DNA of 64,000 bases from Azolla caroliniana (lineage: Eukaryota; Plantae; Polypodiophyta). The position numbers were made by a program, and so were the translations under genes. Every line of letters starts with the position of its first letter. Position 1 is the stretch's first letter. Of the stretch, positions 61,601 to 64,000 are shown one piece after another. Where the stretch lies: contig JBHGNT010000124.1 of the NCBI GenBank assembly GCA_043228905.1, forward strand, positions 9,255-73,254, in the 5' to 3' direction. Below the pieces are notes generated by a model. It was not told the origin of the DNA and made no database searches. It saw nothing but the letters and a program-made list of their open reading frames with translations.

Positions 61601-62760
61601 ATAAATTGAATTACTTGAACCAAAACCATTAAACTAGCAAGTTTCAAGCAATAGAAAAGTTGAATTAAATTCTGATCTAAAAGATTTTCACTGATAGTCG
61701 GTAAATTACGAGCTCAATAGTTTTTTAGTTTGCATTCTTGCGTCTTCATGTCATGTTGTGTTGCATTGTTCGTGCAGTTTTTAACATGGCATTTCAATTA
61801 GAAAATTAGAGTTAACGCAACGAAACAAAAAGCATACAAAAATCAGACTTAAAATTAAAAAGTAAATTATACTAGATGTGCTGCGATCCTTACTCCAGTA
61901 GCTGCAGTTTTAACTAGCAACATCTTTCACGTTAATCAGAGAGTTTCAAAAAAAAGTTTAAGGTAGACTTTGAAGCTATTATCGAAGCAGAAGTAAAACG
62001 AACAAGGACAATGAAAAAACGAGAGCTTTACATGAAGAAAAGCTCACCGTGCTTGCAATGATATGAGGAAATTAACTCCGCCTACATCATAAAGAGCGCG
62101 TACAGAAAAAGGAGCAATCAGAAATAATGAAAGATATGTATCGTGTAAAGCCTAGACGTGGAATATTTGGGAACTAATATTAACAATGCATTTGAATCTT
62201 TTCAGCTTCTTTCACCTTTGAATCTCTCTTTGATGTCACTGTCTGAGATCTCCACAGACTTATACATATGGTCATCGCAACCAAACAAAGTGTGTCAGAA
62301 ACGGCAGACAAGAAACAAACCAGAGACAGCATTGATTTTTTTCTGCGTCGATGGTCGCAGTACAGACGATCTCCATCGCTCCTGATTTAATTCCTGTCCG
62401 CCTTGATTTCCATGGACAGAAGCAACCACTGGGAGAACCTTTCTTTTCATTTTTGGATTCGAGTGTCTCCAAAGCTTTCCATGGCTCCCCAATCTACTTC
62501 CGTTACGTATTCTTGCCATTGTCAAGACAGGCAGGCATGTAAACAGAAAGGCAGACAAAGACACAGACAGAGAGAAAGGGATTCTCCTTCCTGCTTTTTC
62601 CCTCTGATTCTGGAACGTCGGCAGCAGGCAGCAGTAGCTTGTAGCAGAAGCTCCATCATTTCTGCGTGGTCGTACAAGGGGAAGAAAAGCGAGGGGTACA
62701 CTCTGTAATTTCAGAAACTCAACTCCAGGAGTATTCCGATAAATACCAAAAATCCTCACG
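55700..62760 (-). other. Putative minus-strand multi-exon gene of unknown product
   Basis: Repeated AG/GT-bounded segments on the minus strand (62048-62081, ~59621-59730, ~58545-58678, ~57960-57987, ~56175-56360) in T-rich intron-like context with a GC-richer 5' region near 62300-62760. Could not assemble a recognisable protein. Confidence 0.4.
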
Positions 62761-62789
62761 AAGAGGAAGGACGATGAATCATAACAATC

Positions 62790-62887
62790 GGCACGGTTCG
62801 GTTTGAACCGAACCGAACCGAACCGAACAGCGAATCCGCGGCTAACAACTTAACGGCTCGGTTCACATTTTGGGTTTCTTAACTGTT
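62790..62887. mobile_element. AACCG-repeat DNA transposon-like fragment, continuing at 63718-64000
   Basis: CGGTT/AACCG arrays on both sides of the solo LTR followed by AT-rich sequence, as in subterminal regions of plant non-autonomous DNA elements. Confidence 0.4.
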
Positions 62888-63364
62888 TGAAATGCTTTCA
62901 CTCACGCGAAAGTTACAAACAAACTTAACCACAAACATAAATGAAACAAGTGGCACACGATTTACGCGGAAAACCCTGATTTCAGGGAAAAACCACGGGA
63001 ACAGAAATTTCCACTATGAGAAAAGATAAAATACAATCACGGAATGATAGAACTTGATCTGGTATGGATGGACGTGCATTGAAACCACGATTTCAGCCGA
63101 GCGCATCAAACCCTAACACGTAGATATCTATCCCCCTTTAAGGCTTTCAAAGCTTCTCTATTTTCTCTCTATTTCTCTTTGTTGCACTCTTCATTCTTCC
63201 TCTCACACTCAGCTTCTGAGTTATAGCACTCACATAGCCACAACTGTTGTTTCTCTCAATCATTCTCTGTGTTACTCTTCTCTTGCAACACGTCTTTCGC
63301 TCTATTTTTACACACTCGCGCCTATACTCACTCTATATATACCTATTTGTCCCACTTTAGTTCG

Positions 63365-63444
<80 letters not shown>

Positions 63445-63717
63445 CTACACTCACTATTTTACTCTGGGTCATTTATCCCACATACAAAGCCAACGAATAC
63501 CCTTTTTAGCCTATATATATATACTAGCCCACATTGACATATATGTATATGAGTACATATATATCATTCGAGTTGCCCCTTCAACTCTTGGCATGTTTTC
63601 GGCTCTTCAATTGTGCCATGTCTCGGGTCGGCTTTTCAGTCGTGCCGTGGCTCGTTTCGACCCTTCGGCCGATTTCGGCTTTTCAGCTGACTTTACGGGG
63701 GACAATTTTACACAACA
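62888..63717 (-). mobile_element. Copia-type solo LTR containing a (TA)n microsatellite at ~63366-63442
   Basis: Minus strand TGTTG...TTTCA, near-perfect TSD CTGTT/CAGTT, U5 motif CCCGTGGTTTTTCCC...GGGTTTTCCGCGTAAA typical of Copia LTRs. Confidence 0.7.
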
Positions 63718-64000
63718 CAGTTCGGTTTGGCTTCAACGGTTAGAAACCACCGTTTAACGGTTTTTATTTTTTATTTTTCGTTTTTTTAAAATTTTAAATT
63801 TAAAAATATGTTTTTAAACGATCTTTTCATTTTCATGATTTATTCTTGCAAACATTTTAGGAAAATCTTTAAAATTTTTTAATTTTTAAAAATAAAATTT
63901 TTTAATTTTTTAAAAATTAAAAATTAGACCTTGAAAAACCAAAATTGAACCATGAAAGCGCAGTTTAATGGTTTAAAGGTTTGAGAAATTTTTAATGGTT

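Overview
Eukaryotic plant genomic DNA, probably a seed-free plant such as a fern (inferred from the retroelement lineages and gene style; not verified). Positions 1-39.9 kb are a dense nest of retrotransposons. A chromovirus Ty3/Gypsy pol end opens the window. A decayed minus-strand Tcn1/Tf1-like Gypsy is split by a full-length Ty1/Copia (TSD TAAAT), which in turn holds two tRNA-Trp-primed Gypsy-family insertions, both with the 4-bp TSD GCGT: a young gag-only element with apparently identical LTRs, and a near-complete gag-pol element with a -1 frameshift pseudoknot. Several solo LTRs and a full-length L1 LINE (16-bp TSD) inside an older LINE follow. Positions 43-64 kb hold an intronless DUF1645-family gene with a ~380-aa His/Met-rich repeat insert, a remorin gene, and a poorly resolved minus-strand spliced locus with micro-exon-like sites. 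The most striking signal is that three dissimilar LTR families each carry an antisense tRNA-like Pol III module (A box and B box 31-33 nt apart) near the start of U3. All alignments were done by eye; no searches were run.
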